A stretch of 64,000 nucleotides of DNA from Octopus sinensis (lineage: Eukaryota). A program made the position numbers and the translations under genes. The DNA lies in assembly GCF_006345805.1 (NCBI RefSeq), contig NC_043006.1, positions 25,916,001 through 25,980,000 on the forward strand, written 5' to 3'. Shown here in pieces: positions 36,383 through 50,217 of the stretch (its first letter is position 1; each line of letters begins with the position of its first letter). Under the pieces are notes generated by a model. The model was not told the origin of the DNA. It saw only the letters and a list, made by a program, of their open reading frames with translations, and searched no databases.

Positions 36383-37249
36383 TTAACTTCGGACAATTGA
36401 TATTTATTCTTTGCTGGAAAAAAATCTCTAAAATTATATCCAAATGATAATAAAAAGGAAAATTGCTGGAGTCGAAATTTTACTTGCAGCTGGTAGATTT
36501 AATTTCTTAGAAATATTAACAAATGGGTTTGAGAATTAAAAAAAAACCTAAAAATAAAACTATGCGATAAAATTTCATTTCACATTCATGAAGTATAAGA
36601 TGCGTGTAATAAAAGAAAAGATAAGCTTCTCGCTCGGTAGACCCAAGTCATCGATTTGGTTTCAGTTCCCAGTTTATTTCTCTTACACTAATGACGTTAC
36701 GAAAGGATGTTTCACAATCTTTTTTTTCTTCACTCGAAAATAAAAAATCCTAATAAAGCATGCAGTACATTTACAAAATCTGCGCGCGTGTGTTACGAGT
36801 GTATCTAAACAATACAAAATATGATACAAAACATACAAACCTGCTTCCGAATCTGCAATTTAACATCAGAGAAAGGACGAGGTATAGTGTGTGAATGAAT
36901 TATGTGTGTGTGTTTGTGTGATGAATTGTTTGAGTGCATACGTTCAGAATGCGTTTTTATATATATGATTAGGCGAGAGTGAACTTGTTAAACAAGACAT
37001 TTTAGATAAAAATGGTGATTAAACAGCGCAGAGAGAATATATTGTATATCACTGAATATGAGGAAATTAGATAAAGAATACAAGTGATGGTTATAAATGA
37101 AGAAAGAAATAAAATAAAGAGAGACGGTGAATTAAGATGACGAATCGACAAGGACTCGGAAATCTGAAATATATTGTTAACACACATATTGTGTGTTTGC
37201 AAAAGAGAGAGAAAGATAAAGTCAAACGTACATTGAAACCCGTGAGCCG

Positions 37250-37410
37250 ACTAAAGATATAGATAGAAACACAGCTTATATACAATTTTTTTTTTCAGGC
37301 GAGCGACAAGTCTGAACTTGTTTTGCGACGTGAGGCGAGGAGGTGGGCGGGGGACGAACGTTTTTTTGTTTAGTGGGCGGATACAATTGAAACTGTGACG
37401 TTTCTTGGTA
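37250..37410 (-). promoter_or_regulatory. Putative TATA/Inr core promoter with GC boxes
   Basis: Minus TATATAAG (37282-37275) 29 nt upstream of Inr-like TTAGTC (A at 37253); GC boxes GGGCGGGG and GGGCGGA; half-CRE TGACG; donor GCAG|GTTTGT at 36841. Confidence 0.5.
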
Positions 37411-38062
37411 TATTACTACTGTTGAGAGATAAATACATGGGAATATTTTGTGAAACAGAATGTATGTTAGATTGTCATTGAAGAACATTTCTGTCCGTTT
37501 ATTTATCTCGACTTCAATTCACGGAAGCCTTCTTTAAACAGAAATGTGGCTTCCATGAAAGCAGTTCTCCTTCTCTTTCTCCCTCACCTCTCTCCCTCTC
37601 TCTCTCTCTATAGAATTACAATTGAAACTGAACATGTGCTGTGAATGCCGGCGGCCTAAAAATGTAACTAAAGAGCATGAGGAGACGACGTTTCGGTTCT
37701 TACATGATACTATTTTTTTTTCTCTTTTTCCAAAAACCCTAGGTTGTGCGTTCGTCATTGAGGCGACTTTCCACCCAGACTTGTATCCATCCCGGAGGGA
37801 AACCTCTTAGGCACACCCATGGTCATTCGTGACCGACGATGTCGATTTTTTCCCCATATATATATATATATAATTATTATATATCAGGGTAGGAAAAATT
37901 TTTTTAGAAATTTTCTACTACCAGTGGCCTAGCATGTAGAAAATTAGTCAATAGACTATATATTATTCATACAAATACATTGTACATTTAAAGACATAAG
38001 AGGTGACCATCATAGGACACCTTGCACGCTAGAAGGAGTAGCCAAAATCCAAAATCCAAGTG

Positions 38063-38087
<25 letters not shown>

Positions 38088-38093
<6 letters not shown>

Positions 38094-38406
38094 GGACCAC
38101 ATGCGGTCACTCTAACGCTAGAAATAGATCCGCAAAGGGAATCCACCACTAAAGAATTGTTCTCAAGCATTAATTCAACTCGCCAAGAATGTAAGCGGGC
38201 AGGACAAATGAAAAATAACGAAAGAATGTATGTTAGATTGTCATTGAAGAAATTTCAGTCCGTTTATTTATCTCGTTATTTTTCATTTGTCCTGCCCGCT
38301 TACATTCTTGGCATGTTGAATTAATGCTTGAGAACAATTCTTTAGTGGTGGATTCCCTTTGCGGATCTATTTCTAGCGTTAGAGTGACCGCATGTGGTCC
38401 CTCTCT
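38088..38406. repeat. Inverted repeat with 134-bp arms and a 51-bp spacer copied from 37457-37510
   Basis: Arms 38088-38221 and 38273-38406, 2 mismatches seen; spacer matches upstream sequence with one substitution and one indel. Confidence 0.9.
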
Positions 38407-38523
38407 TATTACTTGTATTAATAATTTTTACTGTATCACAGTTTTTTTTACGCTAGGCCACTTGGTGTTTTAAATTGATGTTATTATTAATTAATATTCA
38501 ATTTTTTTCACCCTTATTGTGAT

Positions 38524-38567
<44 letters not shown>

Positions 38568-38576
38568 GTATGGTAT

Positions 38577-38607
<31 letters not shown>

Positions 38608-38627
38608 TATATATATAATTATATATG

Positions 38628-38658
<31 letters not shown>

Positions 38659-38664
38659 GTATGT

Positions 38665-38705
<41 letters not shown>

Positions 38706-38747
38706 TGTATGTATATAATATAATATGTATGTATATATATATGTATG

Positions 38748-38778
<31 letters not shown>

Positions 38779-38825
38779 GTGTGTATATATATGTATATAT
38801 ATATATGTGTGTGTATATATATGTA

Positions 38826-38886
<61 letters not shown>

Positions 38887-38894
38887 TATATATG

Positions 38895-38941
<47 letters not shown>

Positions 38942-39010
38942 GTATATATATATGTGTATAGATATATATATATATAATATATATGTATATATATATATAT
39001 ATATTATATA

Positions 39011-40122
39011 TATGTTAATAAAATAGAACATATGCATATATATAAACATATATGTACGTACCTACCTCTACATGTACATATACACGCATATGTGTACAGG
39101 ACACCAAAAAGACGTCGAACACATAGAGAGACGAAACACATAGACACAAACCAAGGAACAAGACAAGCAAAAAGAAGAGAGATACAGGACAATAAGCACA
39201 ACGAAAAATCCCCTTCTTCAGTCGCTAAGGTTTCATCTACTAAACGTTTCGAAGGATAAAAGCGAGACGTATACTTCGAAGAAAACTTCCTTCCCGCGAA
39301 AAGCAAATCAATTAAAATTCTGAGATCTTTTTGCAGAGGGGTAAAAAAAAAAAGGCAAGACGGTAACGACAGTACAAACATATAAACAGTAAAAAATATA
39401 TATATAAACAGTAGAAAAATAAAAATATAACAGTGAGAGACAGGACAAGGAGAACAAGATAAGAAGGGCTGTTAACGCCAAACGAAAAAAGTATTGCAAA
39501 CGCTGGATTATCGTGGACGACGAGAGAGAGAAAATGTGTCGACCAGTAGCCTTAGAAGGCGGGCGAGAAAAGACACGATAGCAGTTACGACGGAAGTATC
39601 GTCGCAGATGGACGACGGGAATGGGGGAGGAGGAGCAAGAGGAAGAGAGAGAAGAAGGGGAATGGTGCGAGGAGACCATGAAGAATGGTGAAAGGGAGAG
39701 AGAGAGGAAGAGACAAGTTAAGTAAAGAGGGAAAAAGACGAAAAAGGGAATGGGAGAGAAAGAAAGAAAGATGCAGAGTCGCGTGAGAGTTAATATCAAG
39801 GCTAACTTGATAAACAGAACAATCTTACTTAATAGGGTGCGTGCGTTTAGTCGTATAATATGTTAATAAAATAGAACATATGCATATATATAAACATATA
39901 TGTACGTACCTACCTCTACATGTACATATACACGCATATATGTGTACAGGACACCAAAAAGACGTCGAACACATAGAGAGACGAAACACATAGACACAAA
40001 CCAAGGAACAAGACAAGCAAAAAAAAAGAAAAAAAAAGAGAGATACAGGACAATAAGCACAACGAAAAATCCCCTTCTTCAGTCGCTAAGGTTTCATCTA
40101 CTAAACGTTTCGAAGGATAAAA
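39011..40122 (-). mobile_element. Non-coding element with ~250-bp direct terminal repeats (Penelope pLTR- or TRIM-like)
   Basis: 39011-39261 and 39859-40122 are near-identical; ~600-bp purine-rich interior; flanked by (TA)n. Confidence 0.7.
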
Positions 40123-40136
40123 TATATATGTATATA

Positions 40137-40252
<116 letters not shown>

Positions 40253-40394
40253 GGTATGTAGAAAAATACAACATGGACAAGAACGTATAACTCTTAGAAG
40301 ACGATACAATAAACATGGACAGGACATTCGAACCCCTCAGTCTTCAGTCAAGAACCGGATCATCGTAGTAATTTCGGCTGATTATATATATTAT

Positions 40395-41265
40395 ACAGGG
40401 TGCGGTGAATAAACTGTCGTCTAAATTACGCAAAAAGGAAATTAAACTGACGTCTCATTTTAACAGATATATTTACCAAACTTACATAAAAATATCTTGA
40501 AATACTAAAGAGTACATTTATTCAATAAAATCGCCATTGGCTTCATCCACGGACTCCAGACTACTTCGGAATCTCCCGCAACTCTTCTGGGCGATCTCTT
40601 TGTTTAAGTTGGTGAATGCTGCCATAATCCTTGCCTTCAGTTCATCTTTGTGTTTTACAAGGGGTTTTACTGGTATCTCGCTCAACTGCGCCGCACTCAT
40701 AATAATCAAGGGCAATAGTCTGGAGAGTTAGGTGGTCAGGTGTTAGGGGGTAATGTGGTTGCAGAAATTTCTGACTGCGAAGACTGAGTTCTTTTGCTGG
40801 TGTGGCATGGTGTAGAGTCCTGTTGCCAGACAGGGTGGCAGTCACTCTCTTGACCCAGGGTAGCACTACCTCCTCCAGGTACTTGATGTATCTCTGTGTT
40901 GAGTCTGAGGCCGCGTGGGAAGATAAATGGGAAGCATAACGTCGCCATCACTAGTGATCACTCTAAGCACCATGATGTTGACTGGATGTTTGATTTTTAT
41001 CTCTCTCGGCACAAGTCCTCAGAATGCACTGTCCTCAGATTGATACCCAAACACCCTGAAATGTTTGTGTTGGAGCTTCCAGCGCGAAAGCCAAGCAGCA
41101 TAGCGTGTGGTTTCCACATTTCTAGCAGAGTGAATTGCGTCATGATGCTGCTTTTCTCACAGATGGTGCCCAACTGACCCTCCTATACTGTGTAGTCGAC
41201 AAAATTAAAAGCAAACAATGCGCAAAATTTAAGATATAAAATGGCAACAATTTGCCCATTGCTCC

Positions 41266-41270
<5 letters not shown>
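40395..41270 (-). mobile_element. Mariner-like deletion derivative
   Basis: TA-CAGGGTGCGG terminus; minus strand VWQQDSTPCH, KDELKARIMAAFTNLNKEIAQKSCGRFRSSLESVDEANGDFIE*. Confidence 0.75.
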
Positions 41271-41350
<80 letters not shown>

Positions 41351-41385
41351 ATATATATATATATATATGTGTGTATATATATATA

Positions 41386-41432
<47 letters not shown>

Positions 41433-42670
41433 TCCAGTCATTTGACTGCGGCTATGCTGGGGCATCGCCTTGCAGGGTTTTAGTTGAACAAATCGACCCC
41501 AGTACTTTTTTTAAAGGCTAATCCCTTTAAAGACTTAATCCCCTTGTTTGTCCCCTCTATGTTTAGACCCCTGTGGGCAATAAAAAAATAAAAATATGTA
41601 GCTAAATGAAAATATGAAATATAAAATTTTATCATATGATTAGAGAAACTATCAATGTTGAATTACACAGAAAGACCAAATTCGTAAGTTGTCAGACGGA
41701 GAAAGGCAGTGTTCTAAAGACGTCACTCTCGGATGAACTTTTATTCTCTATAACATTAAAATTATATATTGTTATCCTAAAACTTTAAAGAAAATTAGAA
41801 TGAAATTAAGATGATCAAAGAGGATGTAAAGTGTGGATCTATCCGAGTACAGATTTGGAAGAGAATACACCATAGTTCTTCTCTAGAAAGGCAGTGATAT
41901 ATTTCACAAGATTATATTTTCAGTTAAGTTTTATTTATGAAGGGAAATCTTATCTCGTGAGCAAATCTCAGGTGTTGTCGTCTAACAAACAGTTTAAAGC
42001 ATTTAAATGCACGAATATATTCACGAATACAGCTTGAAATTATGTTATTAAGGATTATTGAATTTGTACATTCAATAATAAGTATAGCATACAACAAGAA
42101 ATTTACTCAGAATTCCGATAAAAAAAAAGAAGTATGTGAAAATATTTCGTTTCAGAGGTAAAAACAAGCAAGGCCTGTGTTAATGGTTGTACAGTTTGCC
42201 AAAGCAAATCAAGGATTTAAATTACATCATGAAAATGTAATTTATATTCTAAGTTTTTAGAACCCCCATATGCACCGGACACATGTAGTACATCTAAGGT
42301 GACTGCAAAATGTATGTCTGTGCTGAATGTAACTTGTGTTAAATGAATCTGTATGTAATCTGATTTAAACATTGTTTTAGTTTTCACAGTTACACAGTAA
42401 TACACACACACACACACACACATTTCACGTTACCTTATATGGAGATATAAATAAAGTAACATGAAAGTTACATCGACATGCCACAGATTAGACTCGATCG
42501 GAATTTTTTGTTAGAAATCATACAAGTCTTTCTTTGTCTTTTAGTTTGTTGTTCCACACACATATCTGGGAATAGGTAGACTAAGGTCTCTGTAAACTTG
42601 GCATTTAAACTATTAAGGAAATACAATACAATAATTTAATTTATTTCATCCAGGATGAGTTGTAACGTAT

Positions 42671-43772
42671 CAGGTTATCCCATAAGTTCTGTCTGAATTT
42701 TGAATAAAGAAAACAAGTGATCAAATGTTATATTTAATTGAAAATTAACCATCAATGTACTTTCCCTGTTTATCTATGACTTCCTTCCATCTATTTACAA
42801 GCTTTTTAATCCTATCAATGTAAAACTCTTTTGGTTTCAAAGCGATGAACTCTGAAATGTCAGTTTCGACCTCCTCCTAGCTTGCGAAAGTTACATCCCC
42901 CAAATGATTCTGTAAACTGCGAAACAAATAGTAGTCTGAAGGAGCAAGGTAGGGAGAATAAGGTGGATGAGGAATTTTGCCCCAACCAATCTCTTCGATC
43001 TTCTGTGATGTGATCTTTGCAGTGTGGGGTCGCGCATTGTCCTAATGAAACATCGCTCCTTTTCTATTCACTAAAGCTGGTCTTTTTCCTTCAAAGCTTG
43101 GTTCAAACGCTCTAATTACTGACAATAGACTTGAGCATTGATTGTTGCATTAGGTGGTAACAATTCAAAGTGAATTACTCCTTTGCAATCCCACCAGACA
43201 GAGAAGAACCTTTTTTTCCGTGAAGTTCCCTTCTCGGTTGTGGTTGAGCTTTTTCTCTTTTTACCAAGCCACTGTTAACGACGTTTAACATTTCGATAGA
43301 AGATCCATTTTTCATCACCAGTCACAAGTCTATCCAAAAAGGGTGAAATGAGTTTGCGAGAATGGAAAGAAGGGCAGATGTCAACTCGGGATTTGCAGTT
43401 GCTTTCGGACAATTCATGAAGCACCCATTTTCCAAGTTGAGGAACGTTTCTAAGTTATTGAAGATGACGATGAACAGTTGTATGGTTTGAACTAAGCTTT
43501 ATTGCCAATTTTTCAACTTATAATGCTGGATTTTCTTTAAGTAATGCCTCAAGGAGCTTATCATCAAACTCAACTAGACGTCCTGTTCGATCTTCATCTT
43601 CAAGGCTGAAATCTCCACTTCTGAATTTTTCAAACCATCTTCTTCAAGTTCTTTCATTCAAGCATTCTTTCCCATAAACTGAGTGTATGTTTCGAGTCGC
43701 TTCGATTACAGAGTTTCCTTTTTTGTACTCATAAAGCATTACGTGCCTAAAATACTCTCTGGATACTTCCAT
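42671..43772 (-). pseudogene. Mariner (DD34D-type) transposase pseudogene
   Basis: MEVSREYFRHVMLYEY...RRWFEKFRSGDFSLEDE, WVLHEL, TGDEKWIFY, DNARPHTA and HPPYSPYLAPSDYYLF with stops and frameshifts; one TIR TA-TCAGGTTATCCCATAAG. Confidence 0.88.
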
Positions 43773-44145
43773 GTTAGAAAGGGGTTTAATTAAAGAAATT
43801 TTAATTCTATTATTCTGTAAAATAATATTTAATTAGTTTAACTGTACACAAATACATAAAAATAATTTTAATTCCATTAGACATTCTAAAATACTATTAA
43901 ATTTCATTCCATTCCTCGTCCAATTGTTTTGCTTTTCGACATTCTTGCCAACACTAAGAATCATTAATTCCACCCTCTTTTTAACATCAGGCTTCATAAC
44001 ACCGCCAGATTTAACACCCAACCCCGTAACTCCATACTTACTGCTCTTTACCATCAACATCTTGACCACGTTCTCTCGTCCAAATTCATGCACAGGAATA
44101 TGTTGGACTCTTGGAACATTAGCATGAACTTATATATATATATAT

Positions 44146-44182
<37 letters not shown>

Positions 44183-44231
44183 TTCACTCACACGTGCGCA
44201 CATAGATAGATAGATGCATGAAAGAATATGC

Positions 44232-44277
<46 letters not shown>

Positions 44278-45121
44278 ATATGTATATATATATGTGTGTG
44301 TGTATGTATGTGTGTGTATATATATATCTCAATCAATGAAATTCCAACTTTTGATGTTTTATTATTTGCAATTTTTACAATTTTACAATATTGAAATAAA
44401 CTAATACTTTTATGTGTTACACAATACACACACACACACACACTCAAGCATATGTGTGTGTTGTATGTATTAAATAATGACGCTCACATCAACAGAAGTT
44501 TTAAAGTTTTTTTTATTCATAAGTAATGACAAAATATGTTTATAAAATTTTCATTACTTTAACAACATCGAACTGTCTCATAATATAAACAATTCATCTC
44601 CAACTCAAATTTTACAATCAGATTCAAAAGTAAAAACATAGCCCAAAGCGCACGGTCTGTAGCCATTGTACTATGGCAATTTTCTGGTAGAGAATGGAAT
44701 GAATAAGTATTTATTTATTCCATCAACATTTTAGTAACCATCACTCAGTAATTCTCATTTTATCCACAATATTTCATCAACAATTTTACCGTTACCATGG
44801 ATGATACTATTTTTGTTCGTTTATGCTTTATATTACAAATGACCAAAAAAGGACTGTATTGGTAATTGAGAAGGTGAATATTGGGATATGTGCCACCAGC
44901 CAGGTAATAATCTCATTCTTGTTTCAGGTTTAAACAAGAGAGATCCAGTGTCAATTAGCTTCCGCAAAACATCTTTATTCTCAGTAGAAGTATTGTATAG
45001 AATTCAATGACATTCCTGTAGGAATGTATATCAAGAATCAATTACTTCTACTTGGGTTTTATATCTTATCATAAAAACCATATAAGGTTATTTTCAGAGT
45101 TCATCTTGACTGATTCTTTCT

Positions 45122-45244
45122 TCATGGATATGGTTCCGCTTTAACAACAGGATTCTCTTGAGCCTTCAGATCCATAAGCATTGACAACATTTCTTGGTAT
45201 AACTGCTTTAGATTATTATTCTTGGTTGTCAGTTCTTCCAGCAC
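45122..45244 (-). CDS. bZIP transcription factor, coding exon 3 (leucine zipper)
   Basis: Acceptor TTGCAG|, VLEELTTKNNNLKQLYQEMLSMLMDLKAQENPVVKAEPYP*; heptad L-L-M-L in register with the basic region. Confidence 0.85.
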   Translation of the reverse strand: MLEELTTKNNNLKQLYQEMLSMLMDLKAQENPVVKAEPYP

Positions 45245-45778
45245 CTGCAATATAAAAGAAAATTGTTTGAAATAACCCAGTTGTTACTTGTTCATATTGA
45301 GTTTAGTTATTTTTCTGGTTTTTTTTTTTTTCAGTGAGTTGATTGAAATTTTTTATCACCAGGTCTGGCACTTGAAATTAACAAAATCTTCATTAATTAA
45401 AGTAAGAGACAGCTGGCTAATTACAGTGGAATGTTAACAATGAGATATAAACCTCTTATCTCATAATTTGAAACATTCTCAATTCAACCACCTGTGTATA
45501 TACTGATTAATTGTGTAAACTCCAAATTCCAAAAGGTTTTCACTTTGCTTCTATATAACTCCAGATACTTTGGAAAAGGCTCATATCACACCAAAAAGTA
45601 TTAACAGCATATATAAAGCAAAATAGAGGGTATATTTACTTTACATTTATGAATCCCTTGGATTAGAGAAAATTGCATTTTGAAATACAAAAGCTGGTTC
45701 ATTTTGTTAAAAGCTTCTTAAATACACCATAATAAACAACATAATCATTTCAATTTACAACAAAATCTATTCACTGAC

Positions 45779-45886
45779 CGTTTCATTTTCATATTTCTTC
45801 ATCCTTTGTTTATCACGATATTTCTTGGCAGCAACTTTATTTCTATTCTTCATTTCATTTCTTCGTTGTATTTCTGAAGGAGACAT
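45779..45886 (-). CDS. bZIP transcription factor, coding exon 2 (basic region)
   Basis: Acceptor TTTTCAG|, 108 nt encoding MSPSEIQRRNEMKNRNKVAAKKYRDKQRMKKYENET with the N-x7-R signature; donor ACG|GTCAGT (phase 0). Confidence 0.88.
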
Positions 45887-46143
45887 CTGAAAATATAAAA
45901 AAGAAATAAAGGAGATAAAAAAAATTTGAATAACATCCAACTGTTATTATGATATACATACATACATACATACATACGTATATATATAATTATATATATA
46001 TATATATATTATATATATATATATATAACTGTTTTTACAAATATATACATACAGATATATATAAATACATTATGCATATATATACACACATATATATGTA
46101 CATATACACACACATAAACACAGTTTTACACACATTCATATAT

Positions 46144-46187
<44 letters not shown>

Positions 46188-46607
46188 CTGTACATTGTTA
46201 ACCAGCTAGGAGATGTCCTCTTGGGGTTAAAAAATCGCAGTAGAGTCTGCTTGAACGGACAGCCATGTTAAAGTGGCTACAAATATATATAAATACATAC
46301 ATAGTTGACATCATAAGAATTTATAAACTTTTGAGAGAACATTAAATAATAATTTTTTTTTTATTAACTGAATCTCACTATATATATATATATATTAAGA
46401 TATAAATAATACCATGTAAATATTAGATTGAAAAACCCTTTTGAATAAAATAAAAGTCAAAGGTTGCCTGTGAGATTTGAACCCACAACTCTTGTCTATG
46501 CAATATTTACATACTATTATTTATAGCTTTATATGTACTTCGAGATCCAATTCCCCCCCAAAAAAGTGAATGTGGATTTGGTAGACAGAAACCAGAAGAA
46601 GCCCACC

Positions 46608-46662
<55 letters not shown>

Positions 46663-47132
46663 CACACATGTATGTATGTATGTATGTATGTATGTATGTA
46701 TTCGAGTGAGTGCGCTAACGAAAGAAAGAGGCACTCAGCTCATTTAGTTGGAGTCGTAGCTTTTGGCCTTGAGCGCGTTTTGTAGGCTTCTTTCAGAAAG
46801 CTCGTCGGACTCAAGGAACTAGAAAACCTTGAGTCACAAAAGGTCGAAATCAAACTGTTTTAAACAACAACAACAATAATAATCCTTTCTAGTAAAGGCT
46901 CAAAGCCTGAAATTTTGAGGGGAGGAGGGGACTTGTCAATTACATCAACCCCCCAGTGTTTCACTGGTACTTAATTTTTCGACCGTGAAAGGATGGAAGG
47001 CAGAAAAATAATAATAATAATAATAATAATAATGATAATAATAATAATAACAACAATAACAATAATAATAATGATGATAATAATAATAATGATAATAATA
47101 ATAATAATGATGATAATAATAACAACAATAAC

Positions 47133-47178
<46 letters not shown>

Positions 47179-48037
47179 GTGTGTGTGTGTGTTTTTATGT
47201 TTGTCCACCACCGCTTGACAACTGGTATTGGCTTGTCAACCTCTTGAAAGGAGCGGCAAAAACATCGGTAGAATAAGTACCAGGCTTCAAAAAATAAGTA
47301 CTGGAGTCGCTTCATTTGACTAAAATTCTTCAAGACAGTGCCCCAGTATGACCAGAGTCCACTGAGAAAAAATAAAATAAAGATACACACACACACCTAT
47401 AAGTGTGTGTGTGTGCATAGGAGTGTTGCACTTCCAAAGCATGTTAAACCAAAACATTCGTCACCAACAAAACCGAAAAATCTAATGAATCACGTGGTTG
47501 CTAAGACCAGCTGCATACTACGTCATACCTACAATTTCTAGTTGCACTCTTTGAAGAGCAATTTTCGATCAGTTTTCGATCTTTTTTCCTCTCTCTCTGT
47601 CTTTTTTTTTTTTTTTTTTTCTTTTTTTCTCTTAACCAGTTTGACCAAATCTGATTGTGCCGAAGTGATATTTCTTACGATTGATTCTGATAAATGGAAT
47701 TATCTCCTGTCAGATGTTTTGCTATAATTATTTATATACAAATAATCCAACTTTTCTAAGTTTTATTTGAGGTTTGGGGCGAAGCATGTGTGTGGCACAC
47801 ACGCATGTATGTATGTATGTATGTATGTATGTATGTATGTATGTATGTATGTATGTATGTATGTATGTATGTATGTATAGATAGATAGATGAAGAAGTTT
47901 GATTCCTAATAACATCGTTCCAGGTTCAGTCCCAGTGCATGGCACCTTAGGCAAGTGTATTTTTCCATAGCCTCGGGCCGACCAAAACATTGTGAGTGGA
48001 TATGGTACACGGAAACTGAAGGAAAGAAAGAAACCCG

Positions 48038-48115
<78 letters not shown>

Positions 48116-48407
48116 TATGTGAGCGTGTCCTACCACCACTTGACAACCGGTTTTGGTGTGTTTATGTCCCCATAACTTAACAGTTCGGCAAAAAGACCAA
48201 GCACCAGATTTTAAATAAGTACTGGAGTCGCTTCATTCGACTAAAAAAAAAAAATTCAAGTCGGTGCTCCAGCATGGCCGCAGTCTAATGACTGAAACAA
48301 GGAAAAGATATATATATATATACATATGCATGTGTGTGTGTACGGATAGATGTGTGTAAATATGTGTGTGTGTGTGTGTGTGTGTGTGTTTACGTAAAGC
48401 AACATAC

Positions 48408-48641
48408 CTTATATTCCGGTTTAGGTTCAGCGTCAATGTCCAAGCTTTGCCCGTTTCGGTGTCTTTTGAGTTGCAATTTAGATTTTAACTCAAGCTTAAT
48501 CATTGGTAAAAGGCTGTTGTTTTTCACACAGATATCCGCTGTTTTCTTCACATCAGTGTCCAAGTCAGTCACACTTGGTAAATAAAGAGAATTTTCTTCC
48601 AGCATTGATTCTGAATGATCCAAATGTGTTTCGTCTTCCAT
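48408..48641 (-). CDS. bZIP transcription factor (ATF3/Fos-like), coding exon 1
   Basis: ATG 48641, 78 codons ending PEYK at donor AAG|GTATGT (phase 0); LLPMIKLELKSKLQLKR resembles the pre-bZIP motif I recall from molluscan ATF3-like proteins. Confidence 0.8.
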
Positions 48642-48704
48642 TTGTTTGTTTTAGTGTGTGTGTAAACGAGAGACACGAACGTCAGCCGATAAGCAAAACA
48701 GTAG

Positions 48705-48790
48705 AGTGATTTCTTTCGCGGAGGTCGTCACTTTTATAGTTCAGATTCGAGCAAGTTTCAACATGTTTCGCGGCGAAATGGGCGGAGCCT
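48705..48790 (-). promoter_or_regulatory. Core promoter of the bZIP gene
   Basis: Minus TATAAAAG (48738-48731) 31 nt upstream of Inr-like TCACTC (A at 48707); E2F-like TTTCGCGGCGAAA (48766-48778); GC box GGGCGGAGC (48780-48788). Confidence 0.7.
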
Positions 48791-49519
48791 ATTAAAACGA
48801 AATTCATTCAACAACACACACTCTCTCTATCTCTCTATCTCTCTTTCTCTTCCTCTCTCTTCCTCTCTCTCCCTCTCTCTCCCCTCTCTCTTTCTCACAC
48901 TCTCTCTCTCCTTCCATATTTCTCTCTCTTCCTCGCTCACATACAATTTTCTTTCTCCCCTCTCTTTTTTAACCGCTTCCATTTTCTGTCCCTCTCTTTT
49001 CTCTCTTTCTCTTTTTTACTCTCTCTTTCTCTCTTTCTTACTGTCTCTATCTCTTTCTCTCGTTCTCTTCCTCGCTCACACACTACTTTCTCCCGCTTCT
49101 CTCTTTTTTTTAACCCTTTCGTTTTTCTCACTCTCTCTCTCTCTCTTCCTTGTTCATACACTATTTTCTCTCTCCTCTCTCTCTCTTTATAACCTCTACG
49201 TTTTTCTCTCTTTTGTTTCTCCATGTGTCTGACGCATTCCAGTCGAAAGTTTCACTATACAGTGAACAATTCATTTTCTTTCATTTCACTGCCCTCGATA
49301 TTTCGCCGTGCCTCTTCTCGTTGTAACAGTTTACACGGATTAGCAGCAGCTTTCTGGATAATCTGCTTTCCGACCTCGTACATTCTCTATCGAAATAAGT
49401 ACGGTGGTTTTGCAGAAGTGGTAGAGCGTCTGACAAATACTTTCGAGTTACGCCTCGTTACGTTCCTAATTCAAATATCGCTGTGGTCAATTTCCTGGTT
49501 CGATCAAATAAAGTACTAA

Positions 49520-50217
49520 CCTATTTCTTTACTACCCACAAGGGGCTAAACACAGAGAGGACAAACAAGGACAGACAAACGGATGAAGTCGATTATATTG
49601 ACCCTAGTGCGTAACTGGTACTTATTTAATCGACCCCGAAAGGATGAAAGGCAAAGTCGGCCTCGGTAGAATTTGAACTCAGAACGTAGCGGCCGGCGAA
49701 ATACTGCAAAGCATTTCGCCCGGCGTGCTAACGTTTCTGCCAGCTCGCCGCCAAACCAATGGGTCAGTTCCATTGACTATTCCTTACTCCTAAAATTACC
49801 TTGTGCCAATGTTGAAAATATCAATAAGAGTCCTTTCCACAGCTGAAATAAGTACTTAATTGTTCTTCTGAGTCCAAATTCCACCGAGGTCGACTTTGCC
49901 TTTCATTCTTTCGTGGCGGGGGGGTCTATAAAATAAGAGTCAGTTGAATACTGAGGATCGATGAAATCGACTTCCCCACTCACCCGAAGATGCTGGTCTT
50001 GTGCCATAATTCGAAATCAGTGTATTTCTTTACTGCCTACAGGTGGGGCTAAACATAGAGGGGACAAACATCGACTCCAGTACGAAACTGGTACTTTATC
50101 GACCCCGAAAATGAAAGGCAAAGTCGACCTCGGCGGAATTTGAACTCGGAACGTAAAGACAGACGAAATACGGCTACGCATTTCGCCCGGCGTGCTAACG
50201 TTTCTGCCAGCTCGCCG
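49520..50217 (-). mobile_element. Cluster of tRNA-derived SINEs (GGCGGCGAGCTGGCAGAAACGTTAG head family)
   Basis: Copies near 49520-49752 (-), 49865-50020 (+, partial) and 50022-50217 (-) sharing GTCGACTTTGCCTTTCATCCTTTCGGGGTCGAT; other copies near 12548-12770, 32800-32940 and 56875-57080. Confidence 0.75.
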
